From assembly GCA_035221665.1 (NCBI GenBank), contig CM069138.1:77934001-77998000 (forward strand): a DNA stretch of 64,000 nucleotides, written 5' to 3'. Under the pieces are notes generated by a model. The model made no database searches. It was given only the letters and a program-made list of their open reading frames with translations, and was not told where the DNA came from. How positions within the stretch are numbered: position 1 is the stretch's first letter; each line of letters begins with the position of its first letter. Of this stretch, positions 13,301-25,914 are shown in pieces. This stretch comes from Okamejei kenojei. Its lineage: Eukaryota. The translations under genes and the position numbers were made by a program.

Positions 13301-13722
13301 CATACTGAAACTGCTGATGCTGCCAAAAGATTTTCCACAGAAATTGCCCAGTCTAAATGACAGAATAGCACAAGTCAAACCAAAAACCATTGTTAGCATG
13401 TCCCACTCTGGGTAACATTAATTTACAGGTCACAATGCTCTCCATATACACCAGGGTGATATGCAGTTAATGAATTTTCATTGTGAAATGTAATCACTGT
13501 TCCTGCAATGGCCAAGATGTCAGTTAATTTGCACAGAGTAAAATTGTACAAAGTTAAAAGGAGGTAACTGAACAATTTGGCTGCTTTTTTTTGGCAGGAA
13601 TTTGTTGGGCAAATTGCAAACTTCAAAGTCTGAGTGAATTGGAAGATGAAGTCACTTTTTCAGCAGTGCAGTAATGCATCCTGAGCACAACATTGGAGTG
13701 GTAGATTGGATTACTTCTTCAG

Positions 13723-13808
13723 GTTTAGTTTAATTTAGTTTAGAGATACGGTGTAGAAACAGGCCCTTCGGCCCATCAAGTCTGTGCCGACTAATGATCA
13801 CCCATATC
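13723..13808 (-). mobile_element. SINE/CR1 3'-tail fragment
   Basis: TTTAGTTTAGAGATACGGTGTAGAAACAGGCCCTTCGGCCC. Confidence 0.75.
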
Positions 13809-14380
13809 AACGAGCACCCAGGTTAGGCAGAACATTTGAACCAGTTGTGGACCTATCTGAGTTGAAATGTTATGACTAAAACATCTCAAATTTCCAAGTA
13901 TTGTGGATAGTTAAATGTGTTTTACACCCAAATTGAAATGAGGACATGGTAATAAAAGGACACATATGATAAGTTAAGAAGTTGTTAGGGGTAATAATGG
14001 TAATTAACACTTACCGTCTGTGTCCAAAATAGTTTTATCTAAATGACCAAAGGTCACTTGGCCAAGGTCAAGCATCCTCCCAGACAAAATTTAAGGATTT
14101 GATGCTTATATCTTAATGCAGTGCTATAACTATATTGAGCCAGGCATTTACTGAGCAAAGTTTGAATTTAAGATATCTACAAGGTGAATATTGTGTTCAA
14201 TATTATGCAACATGGACACTAAAAATACACTTTTCTCTGGAAATGTCAAGGGACACATGAAAAAAGTAATATATTTCTTGCAAAAATGAGAAGTCCAGAG
14301 CATCTTCTAAATGCATCATTATTTGACGTTTCAATATTTTTGTCCTGCTTTGTTTCCAAACATCTCATTTTGGTATCAGT

Positions 14381-14695
14381 AGTTTAGTTTAGAGATACAG
14401 CACGGATACAAGCTCTTCAGCCCAACGAGTCTGCACCGACCAGTGATCCCCGCACATTAACACTATCCTACACATACTAGGACAATTTACACTTGTACCA
14501 AGCCAATTAACCTACAAACCTGTACGTCTTTGGAGTGTGGGAGGAAACCGAAGATCTCGGAGAAAACCCATGTGGTCACAAGGAGAATGTGCAAACTCCG
14601 TACAGACAGCACCCGTAGTCAGGATCGAACCTGGGTCCCTAGCGCTGCATACACTGTAAGGCAGTAACTCTACCGCTGCACCACCATGCCGCCCT
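14381..14695 (-). mobile_element. Full-length HE1-type tRNA-derived SINE
   Basis: Minus strand reads GGGCGGCATGGTGGTGCAGCGG (A box) ... GGTTCGATCC (B box) ... TATCTCTAAACTAAACT tail. Confidence 0.9.
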
Positions 14696-15234
14696 GGTAA
14701 AATGGTATCGGATCATGATACAGGATAGCTACCGTCCTTCAGCTTTCTCAATGATACTCTAAAGTCTCAATTAATAATCCATTTTACAAAATTTAGAAGG
14801 TGGTGAAGTACAGCATTCAGAAAGAAACAATGCTTATGCTACCTTACAAATGAATGGAAATGAAAATGACAGGGCAAGAAAGCTTCAGTTGTCACAATTA
14901 CATATGTGTTGCAGTCAACTCTAGGTAGACTTTCCCTCAAACTGACACACAACATGTCTTACGTTTGACATAAAGAAAAATGATTTATGATTTGTATTAC
15001 AAAACTTACATACTTTCAAGATCCCGATGAGACTGTAAATGTCTCGTGCTTCTCAGGAGCATAACACAAAGATTGACAAACAAAAAAAAAAAAGGAAGAT
15101 CTGGGGTTTAAGAAGGATCTTGAAGAAGTGGCAGTGAGGCTTAACAATTTGTTATTTTTACAGAGGGAATGGCATTGCCAGAGTTGTATTGTTAGGGGTG
15201 GTGGTGGAAGCATATACGAGAGGAACATTTGAGA

Positions 15235-15372
15235 GGGCATTATGCATGCACATGTATGGAGAGGGATTGGAGGGTTATGGACCTTGTTCAGGCAGATAGG
15301 ATCAGTTTAAATTCATGTTTGGGACAGATATCATGGGTCAAAGAGTCTATTCCCCTGCTGTGCTGTTTTACA
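15235..15372 (+). mobile_element. Old CR1 3' end fragment
   Basis: GAGGGTTATGGACCTTGTTCAGGCAGATAGGATCAGTTTAA...GGGTCAAAGAG. Confidence 0.6.
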
Positions 15373-15949
15373 TTTAAGGTTCTATAATAGTGGACCTTAG
15401 AGGGTTATCATCAATAATGCAATGCAGCAGATCAGAACAATGTGAGAAAATTGGAAACATTGCACTCGTACATTTGATGAGGACAAAACATTTATTGGCA
15501 ATGTGTAAAACAGTTTGAACACGAAAATAGCAGGCATTTTGATAACAGATTTACCATCTTAAAATACTTCACGTAGGCATTATCAAAATGTAACTCAGCC
15601 AAGACAAGAAATGCTTGAATATAGAGTTTATGGAACAATCACAAATTCATCAAACTATCTTGCAATATTGATTGCAACACATGCTTATCACAAGGCAATT
15701 GTCCAAATAAAAACTGGGAAGATTGGATTGGTTTCTCATTTCACATTTGACCAGATTTAACTTTTTATCAATATCAGTGAAGTGTACATTGGAAAGGGGC
15801 ACAAAAATGTTGGCAAAGCCGATCTTTTGTGTTTCACATTGGACTCATCTGGCTAAAGTAATTTGCTAGCTTTTCCAGCTCATGCATTTTCTGCATGACT
15901 AACGTTTTTTTGTTTCAAAACCAAAGAGGAAAACATCTATCGTTGAGGA

Positions 15950-16680
15950 AATGTGAAATAAAACAGAACATTTTGATTTGAAGACCCTTATTGGAACAGG
16001 CTCTTTTAGCAAAGGGATGGTCAAGATTTCAGGTCAAGACATGGGGGAGATAGCTTGTATAAAGAAGTGAGAGGTTGGAGTGATTCAGTAGGTGATAGGT
16101 GAAACTCGTGTGAAATAGGAGATAATGAGCAGGTCAGAGAGTGGTAGAGTGATTCAGAGCGGAAACAGGCCCTTCAGCACAACTTGCCCACACCGGTCAA
16201 CATGTGCCACCTACATCCCTGCACGCGTTTGGTCCATATCCCTCCAAACCTGTCCTATCCATGTACCTGTCCAACTGTTTCTTAAATGTTGGGATAGTCC
16301 CTGCCTCAACTACCTCCATTGGGAGCTCGTCCCATACATCCACCACCCTTCATGTGAAGCCACTGGGTGGACAGGGAGATTGTTTTGAGACAGAGACAGG
16401 GGCAGGTTGGTGACGGTGGAAAACAGATGAGGAAATCTAATTGGGCAGATGGAGCGAGGTGGTTGGGGGAAAGGGGGGGGGGAAGTGGACAGAGGCTCGA
16501 AGATAATACATGGAACCAGATAAGAAAGGGATTATAGGCAGATGAAACCAGATGAGGGAGGGGATACGAACAATAGGCCAAGCAGGAAGAAACCCTACAT
16601 GGATAGGTATGTTGGAGATAGACAGACAGAAGCAGGTGGGTGAAGACAAGCATCACAATAACACTTAGCAGAATTTTCTT
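15950..16680 (-). mobile_element. Old Penelope terminal-repeat remnant with a CR1 3' fragment (about 16140-16355) inserted
   Basis: GAAGACCCTT, GTGATAGGTG and purine-rich pLTR-like sequence flank GGAAACAGGCCCTTC...GTTGGGATAGTCCCTGCCTCAACTACCTCC. Confidence 0.55.
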
Positions 16681-17094
16681 TTTGCTGAATTACCCATTTA
16701 ATGAGGCATGGAATCCTGATAACAAGGCTACACTCAATATGGTTTCCAGAAAGGAAAGTAAAAAGCAGAATTGCTGTACAATTCTTGAACCCTGCTGGAC
16801 CCTGCCAGGTGGCACCAAATAGACTGTTTTTCTATGTTTTGTGTATTCTCTGGCAGCAACTCTCAGGATCCAAAAAGAAGGTGATTTTCTATGTGTGGAA
16901 TGTGTTCAGTTAACAATTTTGCAGCATCAACAGAATACATCTAACATTGTTAACACATTATTAGTGTGAAAGCACCAACAAGCATGTGTTTGGAAGTCTG
17001 AGCAAACCAACTGTTCATTTCTAAATCAGTGCTGTGTTTGATTATTTGAAGAAGTGGCAATTTTAATTTACTCCACTCATAACTCCCAAGCAGG

Positions 17095-17582
17095 CCAGAA
17101 ACATAGAGCATGGAACAGTACTCGCATGTACATGCCCATCGGCTGAACACGATGTCAAATTAAGCTAATGTCTTCTACCTGCATGTGATCCATATCCCTC
17201 CATTCTCTACATATCAATTTGCCTATTTAAAAACCTCTTACATGTCACTATAATATCTGCTTCCACCAGCAGCCCAGGCAGTGCATACCAGACACCCACT
17301 GCACTCTATGTAAAAACCTACCATGAGCATATTTAAAATTTCCCTTTCTGAGTTTAAAGCAATGCCCTCTAGTATTTTGCATTTCCACATTGGGACAAGT
17401 GTTCTGACTGCCCACAGTATCTATGCCTCTCATATTTTTATTCCATCAGATCTCCCCCCATTCTCTGATGCTTCAAAGAAAATAACATGTTTGTCCAACC
17501 TCTCCTTACAGCTGGTTTCCTCTAATCCAGAAACCTCTCATGTACCCTCTACAAAGCCTCCATATCCTTCCTGTAATGGTGA
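17095..17582 (-). mobile_element. CR1 3' fragment
   Basis: Minus ORF 17248..17433 (NTRGHCFKL) plus a CR1 3' UTR. Confidence 0.75.
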
Positions 17583-17705
17583 ACCAGAAACAAGAACTTA
17601 AGTGATCTATTTTGGAAATCAGCATAGTTGAGTCGATCATATTAATTTGGCAATATGATATGGTAGAAATGTATTCATCCCAGGAGGGAAATTGATCTGC
17701 CAACA

Positions 17706-18085
17706 GTCATAAAACACAATATACATGAAACATTAAATTAAAGTGACGAATGGAAAGGATTGGAGATGTGCAAAGATTGGGTGGGGGGGGGGGGGGGAGA
17801 ATCAGTCTACCCCACGGCAAAAGGAGTTGTTCAGTTTGATAGCCACAGGGAAGAAGGATTTCCTGTGGCATTCTGGAACCGATCTGTTGTTGAAGTATCT
17901 TGGTGGAACCGACCTGTTGTTGAAGGGGTGAGCTGCATTGCCCAAGAGGCTCCCCAGTTTGATCCCCATGCATCCCTCCAAGACCACCTCCCATGAAATC
18001 CAACTCTGCCCCCAGGATGGAGCCAGCCTTCCTGATGAGCTTGTTAATTCTAATGGCATCCATGGCCTTCACCCTGTTGCCCAAT
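17706..18085 (-). mobile_element. Rex1/Babar-like LINE 3' fragment with an internal 30-bp duplication
   Basis: Translation RINKLIRKAGSILG and RKSFFPVAIKL, typical of the Rex1 ORF C-terminus; GGAACCGAYCTGTTGTTGAAG occurs twice. Confidence 0.7.
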
Positions 18086-21000
18086 AAATATTAGGTAGTC
18101 TTATGCTATAACAAGTGCAAAAAATTGATGTAATAAAGAATATATTTATAATAGATGAGGCAAGAATAGGACGTAAGAAAGACAATTTATTTTATGGCTG
18201 ATTGACAGGTCACAATAATCTGATGCTATCATTGACCAGTAATGCTCAAATCAGACCAACAATATGGCACATCTTTCAAGGATGTATCTGGCAATTGTTA
18301 ATAACATCCTGAAAACAGCATGGAGAAATGATACCTTTGCAAACTGTCACAATGAGATAAACAACCACATGGCGCGATGATATCATTCTGAAAGGTAGCC
18401 TGTGCAAGTGAGACCATCTGTCATTCGCGTGAAGGCACAAACTCTTGATGCTTACTTCTGTTTTACTGCTCTATTACCGGTTCTTCGTGCTTTAATCCAT
18501 TTCTTGCCTGAGAAACAACTTGAAACAAACTGGTCCCGGTCTGATCTCAGGCTTCTTCAAGATATAGTCAACAAATTATTATTTTTTAATTGATAATACA
18601 TCAACAATGATTCCTGCATACGTTTTTTCAGAAGAGAGCAATTGAGTACGAAAAATATGAAATGCTCTGTAGGCAATATTAAGGATGAAAGGTTTATTAC
18701 ATTGTTCTGCAGCAGGGGGAAATCAATCGTTCACCTACATCTCATTTAAAATCTCAAGTCATATCCTACACCATATCACTACCCACTGACATCCAAATCC
18801 CGAAACGCAGAGTTAAAATGATAATACAAATGTTTAAAACTTTCGATGCCTTCGCTTCCGACCAATTCTGTAACATTATCCAGTGCCATCCCTAATATAA
18901 ACTCATTGACTCCAATTTCATGCTATATTAAGTGCATGGGGATGCTTTAGGCATGGAACAATCAGAGCATAGGTCTTCAAAAGGACTACAGGAAAATGCC
19001 ACACCAAAAAAAAAGAAACTTCGTCAGTACCTCTTAAACATATGACCTCTACCAGCTAGAAGGACAAGGACAGCAGATTTAAATAGCTCCTGCCTTCGAT
19101 CAATTAAGCCATAAATGTTGTCTACGTGAATGTTCTGCCATTTACCAGCCGTAGCTTGCGGGAGGCTTGAAGATTCCCTGGTGGAATTTCAAGATGAATG
19201 TCAATTTGTGAGAAATACAAGCTACCCAATTTGCAGAAAAATAAATCCCTCAGCACGTAACCTACACATAATGTTGTATTTAATAAATGTTGTGCCATAA
19301 ACAAAATGCTTTTCATGCTCATATATCAATACTCCAACTCTACCAAAATAAGTTGGATACATTTGTGGCTAATCTTTTGTATGGCAGACAAATTACAATA
19401 GGTAAAACATGCAAGATGAGAACACTGACATTTCCTCTGTGTTCCCAGAGGTAATTGAGCCCAAAAAATGACATCAGAGCAATAGTACATTTTACATTAT
19501 TCATCCTTGACTGGTTACAATCCTCAGATGATATTTCTATGGCCTTAATTGAATAGAAATCATAGTGTTCCACAGATAAGTTGCTCACTCTGTGCCTGAA
19601 CATACTGTATCATTATAACCTTCAAACCTGTTCTAAAGCAAAAAAAACAGCAAGCTAATGCTTAAATGTTAATTGACATCATAAATTGACAGGGAGAATT
19701 TTCATCTCATTTATAATAATCTACAGGATTGTTTTATCTAATATGGTATGGTTCTGTATTATGCATGCTGAGTCTGTTATCAGTATTTCCTTATATTGAA
19801 ACCATGGAAACTATACAGGTAAAAGAAAAACAGGATAAAACAGCATACTCTTAAGTTGAAAATCAGGAATTGCAGCACCAAATGCTTGAAATACAGAGCA
19901 GATTTTCATGGTCTATTTCCTTTTTACCCGTCATTTCAGAATTGACTTCTTGCTTTCTGCTACTCCATGGCCACACATTGCCTTCCATTGCCTATAGGAA
20001 ACGTATTACATGTGGAGGAGGAAGCACACTATCTTTAACATCGGAGGCATTGGCAAGCTTTGAGTTGTTGCTGAGAAGGACTCATTCCTCTTCTTTCCTC
20101 TTCCTCTCACAGCTAAAGTTAATGACCAAAATGGATGGATGGATGTCAAAAGCTCAACCACAACTAAACCACAACCTTTCAATTTGTTGAACTTGCTTAA
20201 GGTTAAATGAATGAAAAAGTTGTAATGCTTTTTCATGAAATTAGTTGAAGATTAATTCAATCAGAAGACATTATTCCAGAGATATCTAAAAATTCATGTC
20301 AAAAATGCTGCATGACAAACTGACAAATATTATGCTACTTATAATAAGAGAGACATTTCCAAATAAGATGTAATCATTAATAGAGCAATTCAGTGGGCCA
20401 GAGAGTTAAAATACATTTGGCTATATGTATGTATTTAATTAAACATCTAATATTGAATCGGTTCATTCTGCATCGTACAACTGTAGGATTCAACAACATC
20501 AATTAAGAAAGTGAAATAAAAATAATTTTGGCTATAAGTAATGGTAATTTCATTTTGGGGCCTTGTGGGTGAGTTTAAGTCAGAGCAACCTACAGGTCAG
20601 ATGCTGGCATATCTAATCCATGCCTTCACCCACCCCAACACTAGTGCTGGACTTGCCACTGAACCCTGTGATCAACCACAAACATCACAAGCATTAAGGC
20701 CCACAACTCTATATCAACCATGACGACATTGTGATGAGGTTACAAAACTTGCTTAAAAATCCAATTGCTCTTCAGTCATGTATTTATTTTTCTTTTAAGT
20801 TTTTTCCTGAAGTTTTTTGTACGTCTAAATGTTTTCAATAGTGGGGATGTTGACTCTGGTTCCACTATGTGATTCTTCCATCACCACTTGTAGGTTGATC
20901 CACGTTGGGTGAGAGGCTCTCAGTCCAGATTCGCAGATCAACTCAGTTCATGAAGCAACAAAAAGAATGTGGAGTCACTGGGAAAACACGGAGGTATGTG

Positions 21001-21629
21001 CAGGTGATCGCCAGATAGAGCATAATCCAGCTCACTGCAGAGACAAATGTGAAAGCTAAACTGAGAACTTTTCACAAAGTCAAGTTGATAGAGTGCTCAT
21101 GAATTGGGTAAATCTTCAAACTGAGACAATCTCGTCAATCTCATTTTCCTTAGACACACATTACATTTGTTAAAATATCATTAAGTCGCAACTTCAGAGC
21201 ACAGGTGATGTAGTCAAGGGTAAATTCCGTCTTTAATACGTTACTGACAAAAACAGGGATGGGAAACTGCAACTTGCACCATATATTCCATTTGTAACAG
21301 CTGTCTTAGTCTCCTGCTCAGAACTCTGATCTCTACCAAATACCAAGTTCCAACTATTAGAAAATATTAAAGTGCTTAAAGTTCTACAATATTTCAACTC
21401 CACTCAGCATCACATTTATTATGTGCTGCCTAATGAAATTACATCGACTTGGAACAGTTTTACCCGATAAGTAGATGATTTTGATAGAATACCAGATTTT
21501 TTTTTTAATGTCCGTTTTAGCCATCTGATAACATGTATTTGTTGTAATGTTTTAGTGATGAATTGAAGTATGAAGAAAAATGGCCTGTTGAAATCAACTT
21601 CCTTCTCAATTAGATAAAAAGAGAGAATC

Positions 21630-22930
21630 ATAGAACCAATCAGCCGATCCAATCTCATCTTGTAACTACAGCCCTCCATTCCAAGCAACATCGTAGTAAA
21701 TCTCGTCTGCAATCTCTCCATTGCTAACGGATCAAATAGCATGGCCACCAGAACTGATTGCTTCTTGCACGAAGTAACCAACTTTTTGCGCAGCTGCAAC
21801 ATGACATCCCAATTCTTATACTCGTTAACGTTTTGCTCCACTGTGAAATCTCCTACACATTATGTCTTATATTCAATGCCAAGACCCCCGAAGACAAGCG
21901 CACCAAATGTTTTCTTCACTCGCCTATCCACCTGTGTCACCACTTTCAATGAGTTATGGACTTGCTCCACAAAGTTCTATTGTACATCAATTCTCAGCTA
22001 TTTGTATTACATCTTCTATGGAAATCTAACTTTCCAAAATTAATTACTTTACACTTGTCTGGATTAATTTCTATCTGGTGCCATACACCCAGCTTTCCAG
22101 ATGGTCCATGGCCTTTCTTTGCTACCTATGATTCCACCAACTTTCATATTCTCTTCACATACCAATCAGACCAATTACATTCCTATCCAAGTTATTTATA
22201 AACATTACAAATTACAAAAGTCCCAGCATCAATAGCCACTGTTCACCATTTTTACAGACCTCCTACAACACCCATCCACTACTACCCTTGCTTTCTATCA
22301 CCGTCAATTTTGGATCCAGTTTTGTAACACACCTTGGTAACTTGTGCTTTAACCTTCTGGACCCACATACCATACAATCCATGGACCAGTAAGGCAAAGG
22401 CTTTACTGGTCCATGTAAACCATGTAAAATACTCGGATTGCATCATTTTATTAGTTAGCTTCTTAGCAAACTCATTCAGATTTGTGAGGTCAGATCTTTC
22501 CTGAACAAAACTATATTGATTCCTCCTAATCAGTCCCTGCCTTTCCAAGTGAACATCATTCTTGCCCCAAATAATCTTCTTTACCAACTTCCCTACCAAT
22601 GATGTACGGCTCAGCAGTTGCCAGGCTTGATCCTACCACCTTATTTGAATAAAGAACCAGCATTAGCTATCCAAATGTATTCCAATACCATGCCTGGGCT
22701 AACATAGATGCAAAAACTGTTGTCAGAACCTCAGCAGACTTCTCCCTCACTTTCCTGAGCATCCTGGGGTACATTGTGTCAGGGCCTAAGGATGTATGCA
22801 CCTTAACAAGCGCTGATATTTCTCACATGTCCTCCTTCCTGATTCAGGTATGTTCCATAACATCAGCAAACCCTTCCCTTAATTTTCCAGCCTTCACATT
22901 CTGCTCCCTGGGGAATACTGATTGAAGACA
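21630..22930 (-). mobile_element. Degenerate CR1 RT region
   Basis: Minus ORFs with VMLQL...MERLQTRFTTMLLGMEG and HLERQGLIRRNQYSFVQERSDLTNL (compare CR1 QHGF...SCLTNL). Confidence 0.8.
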
Positions 22931-22954
22931 TCATTTATTAAAGTCTCCACCCAT

Positions 22955-23490
22955 CGAACGTTGAACAGCACAGCACAGGAACGGGACCTTGGACTCACGA
23001 TGTTTGCGCCCAACATGATACCAAGTTGAACTGATCCCACCTACCTGTACATGACCCATATCCATCTATTCCTTGCAATTCCATGTGCCTAACTAAAAGC
23101 GTCTTGGACGCCACTATTGTGTCTGCCTCCACCACCCCTGGAAATGCATTCAATGCTTCCACTACTCTCTGTGAAGGCCCCATAGCAGAAGCGTCCACAT
23201 CGCGGGGCCGGAAACTGGAAGTTTCCCGAGCTAATTCTGCTACCATTATCATCAGTGATGGCTACCACTGATTGTCGTTTCAGGAAGGACGATGACAGCG
23301 AGGTCAACTTTTGTAACAAGATGGACATGAAAAGAAGATGACTTTCTGTGAAAAATACTTGCCCTGCACATCTCCATTAAACTTTCTCCCTCTCACCTTA
23401 TGGCTATATCTTCTAGTGTTGGACATTTCCACCCTGGAAAAAAAAATTCTGACTGTCCAGCCTATTTTTGCCTCTATGTATATTATTTCT
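22955..23490 (-). mobile_element. CR1 3' fragment interrupted at 23176-23344
   Basis: MSNTRRYSHKVRGRKFNGDVQGKYFSQ joins VVEALNAFPGVVEADTI across the insertion. Confidence 0.8.
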
Positions 23491-23829
23491 TCGATCACTG
23501 AGGGTACCAACCTTCCTCAACTACACTTTTGGTTCTATAAAAGGTTTTAAGATTCTTCTTAAATCTAATTGCCGAGTCCATTTTATGTTCTTTATGTCCT
23601 CCCAATTTATTTCAGTAGTTCTTTCCTCCGTCGCTAAGAAACCTTACATAATTCATTCAATAACAATGACCTATATCTGACATTGTTTTTCAATGTTGAA
23701 TAATCAAATCATTTGTGAATTTTAGAGTGCTCTTTTGAACAACCCTTTTATGTAAGATTCACACAAAATGTTTTTTTTTCACTGTAAAAGTTAAAGCATC
23801 AATTATAAAGCAGTTGGAAAGAAGCCAAC

Positions 23830-24190
23830 ATATTCAAATACTTTTTTCTCCCCCTTTCAGTCCCTCTTCCACCCCCTGCCTTTGGGCAGAAGATACAAAC
23901 ATTTGAAAGCACATTCAGGAACAGCTTCTTCCCTGCTGTTATCAGACTGCAGAACAGTCCTGGTCTGGTCCCAATTATACCTCATTATGGAGCTTGGACT
24001 TTTTCTCTCCAACTGTAATGCTATATTGCTGCAACAACACATCCAACACTCTGGCATTTTGCTCACTACTCACTGTACTTGTGAATTTAGATTGTACTTA
24101 CGTATAGTATGATTGGATTTGGTATGATTGGTACACAAACAAAAGCTTTTCACTGTATTTCGCTAGATGTGACAACAATAAACTAATGCC
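23830..24190 (+). mobile_element. Rex1/Babar-like LINE 3' end
   Basis: CTGCCTTTGGGCAGAAGATACA...AACAGCTTCTTCCCTGCTGTTATCAGAC (compare LPSGRRY...NSFFP); tail GTGACAACAATAAAC. Confidence 0.7.
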
Positions 24191-24595
24191 ATTATCATGA
24201 AACAGCTAAAAAGAAATGATCAGGTTCTTGTCAGTCTTGACCAGGCAGAATAACCAACTGGTGAAGGAACTGCTGAAGGATAGCGAACGAATAGCTCAGG
24301 CTGGGTGAGAAGAGAAAAGCGATTAAAAAAATGAACAGGGTTGTTGGAAAGAGTCAAGAGAATAATTGGCTCAGTATTGAAGTACTCCAGTGTCAGTGAG
24401 CTACAGTACAAAGTTGGTGTTATGACATATTTATTTGATCAAAGTGGCGTGAAATTGGGATCTGGGACCAGGGTGTGGAGAACAGACTGTTTGAAAATAA
24501 ATTACAGCCTTTCATAATTGTCACATTGGGGATTTGTGATGCCTGTCAAACCTGTGACACTGAAGGTAGCAAGTCAACTAATATGATTAGTCAGG

Positions 24596-25914
24596 TGTTT
24601 AAGAAAGAACTGCAGATACTGGAAAAATCGAAGGTAGACAAAAATGCTTGAGAAACTCAGCAGGTGAGGCAGCATCTATGGTGCAAAGCAATAGGTGACG
24701 TTTCGGGTCGAGACCCTTCTTCAGACTGATGTGGGGGTGGGAAGAAGAAAGGAAGAAATGGAGACAGTGGGCTGAGGGAGAGCTGGGAAGGGGAGGGGAA
24801 GGAGGACTACCTGAAATTGGAGACGTCAATGATCATACCGCTGGGGTGTTAACTACCCAAGCAAAATATGAGGTGCTGCTCCTCCAATTTGCGCTGGGAC
24901 TCACTCTGGCCATGGAGGAGGCCCAGGACAGAAAGGTCAGATTTGGAATGGGAGGGGGTGTTGAAGTGCTGAACCACCGGGAGATCAGGTTGGGTGATGC
25001 GAACTGTGTGGAGGTGTTGGGCGAAGCTATCGCCAAGCCTGCGCTTGGTCTCACCGATGTAGAGCAATTGACAGCTATAGCAGCGGATGGCATAGATGAG
25101 GTTGGAGGAGGTGCAGGTGAACCTCTGCAGCACCTGGAAAGACTTCTTGGGTCCTTGAATGGAGTCAAGAGGGGGGGGGGAAGGTTAAAGCGACAAGTCA
25201 AGCATTTCCTGTGGTCGCGAGGGAAAGTACCAGGGGAGGGGGTGGTTTGGGTTGGAAGGGACGAATGGGCCAGGGAGTTACGGAGGGAGCGGTCTCTGCA
25301 GAAATCGGAAAGGGGAGGAGATGGGAAGATGTGGCCAGTGGTGGGATCGCGTTGGAGGTGGCGAAAATCTCGGAGGATTATCTGTTGTATATGACGGCTG
25401 GTTGGGTGGAAGGTGAGGACAAGGGGGACTCTGTCCTTGTTACGAGTGGAGGGGTGGGGAGTGAGAGCGGAGCTACGGGATATAGAAGAGACCCTGGTGA
25501 GAATCTATAGTTGAAGAGGGGAACCCCTGTTCCCTATACAATGAGGACATCGCCAATGCCCTCGTTCATCCTGGGTGCAGGTGCGGTGTAGATGGAGGAA
25601 TCTGAGTAGGGGATAGAGTCCTTACAGGAAGCAGGGTGGGAAGAAGTGTAGTCCAGCTAGCCATGGGAGTCAGTGGGTTTGTAGTAGATGTCGGTCAGTG
25701 GTCTGTTACCTGCAATGGAAATAGTGAGGTCTAGAAACGGTAGGGAGATGTCGGAAATGGTCCAGGTGAATTTGAGTGCTGGATGGAACTTAGTGGTGAA
25801 ATGGATGAAGTCAGTGAGTTGTGAATGGGTGCAGGAGGTAGCATCAATGCAGTCATCAATGTAACGGAGGTAGAGTTCGGGGATAGTGCCGCGGTGTGCC
25901 TTGAACAAGGATCG
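24596..25914 (-). mobile_element. 5'-truncated Penelope-like retroelement (RT core, GIY-YIG endonuclease, terminal repeat), frameshifted
   Basis: RT motif YLRYIDDC and LPFLDL...DIYYKPTDSH (25657..25908); GIY-YIG LIYAIRCYSCQLLYIGETKRRLGD (24849..25133); stop near 24807; GTCAGG repeated at 24590-24595 and 25915-25920. Confidence 0.95.
24690..24732 (-). ncRNA. Minimal type I hammerhead ribozyme motif in the Penelope terminal repeat
   Basis: Reverse complement of 24697-24724 is CUGAAGA A GGGU-CUCG-ACCC GAAAC GUC. All core nucleotides are present, with stem II and a palindromic ACGU stem III; stem I is weak. Confidence 0.7.

Noticed and set aside
14640-14695. tRNA genes at the SINE heads
   Set aside because: A/B boxes are present but continue into SINE bodies; no cloverleaf or Pol III terminator is evident.
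16798-16816. Second CTCF-like motif (CTGCCAGGTGGCAC)
   Set aside because: Mismatch in the conserved 5' CC and no other support.
20894-20993. Possible 100-bp exon (TTGTAG|G ... GAG|GTATGT)
   Set aside because: All three frames contain stops, and nothing else supports a non-coding exon.
23176-23344. Hammerhead or box C/D snoRNA in the orphan insert (minus-strand CTGATGA, GAAAC, CTGA)
   Set aside because: Stems I-III cannot be formed in any topology I tried, and terminal C and D boxes are absent.
24729-25394. 221-aa plus-strand ORF as a host gene
   Set aside because: It is the antisense frame of the Penelope GIY-YIG region.
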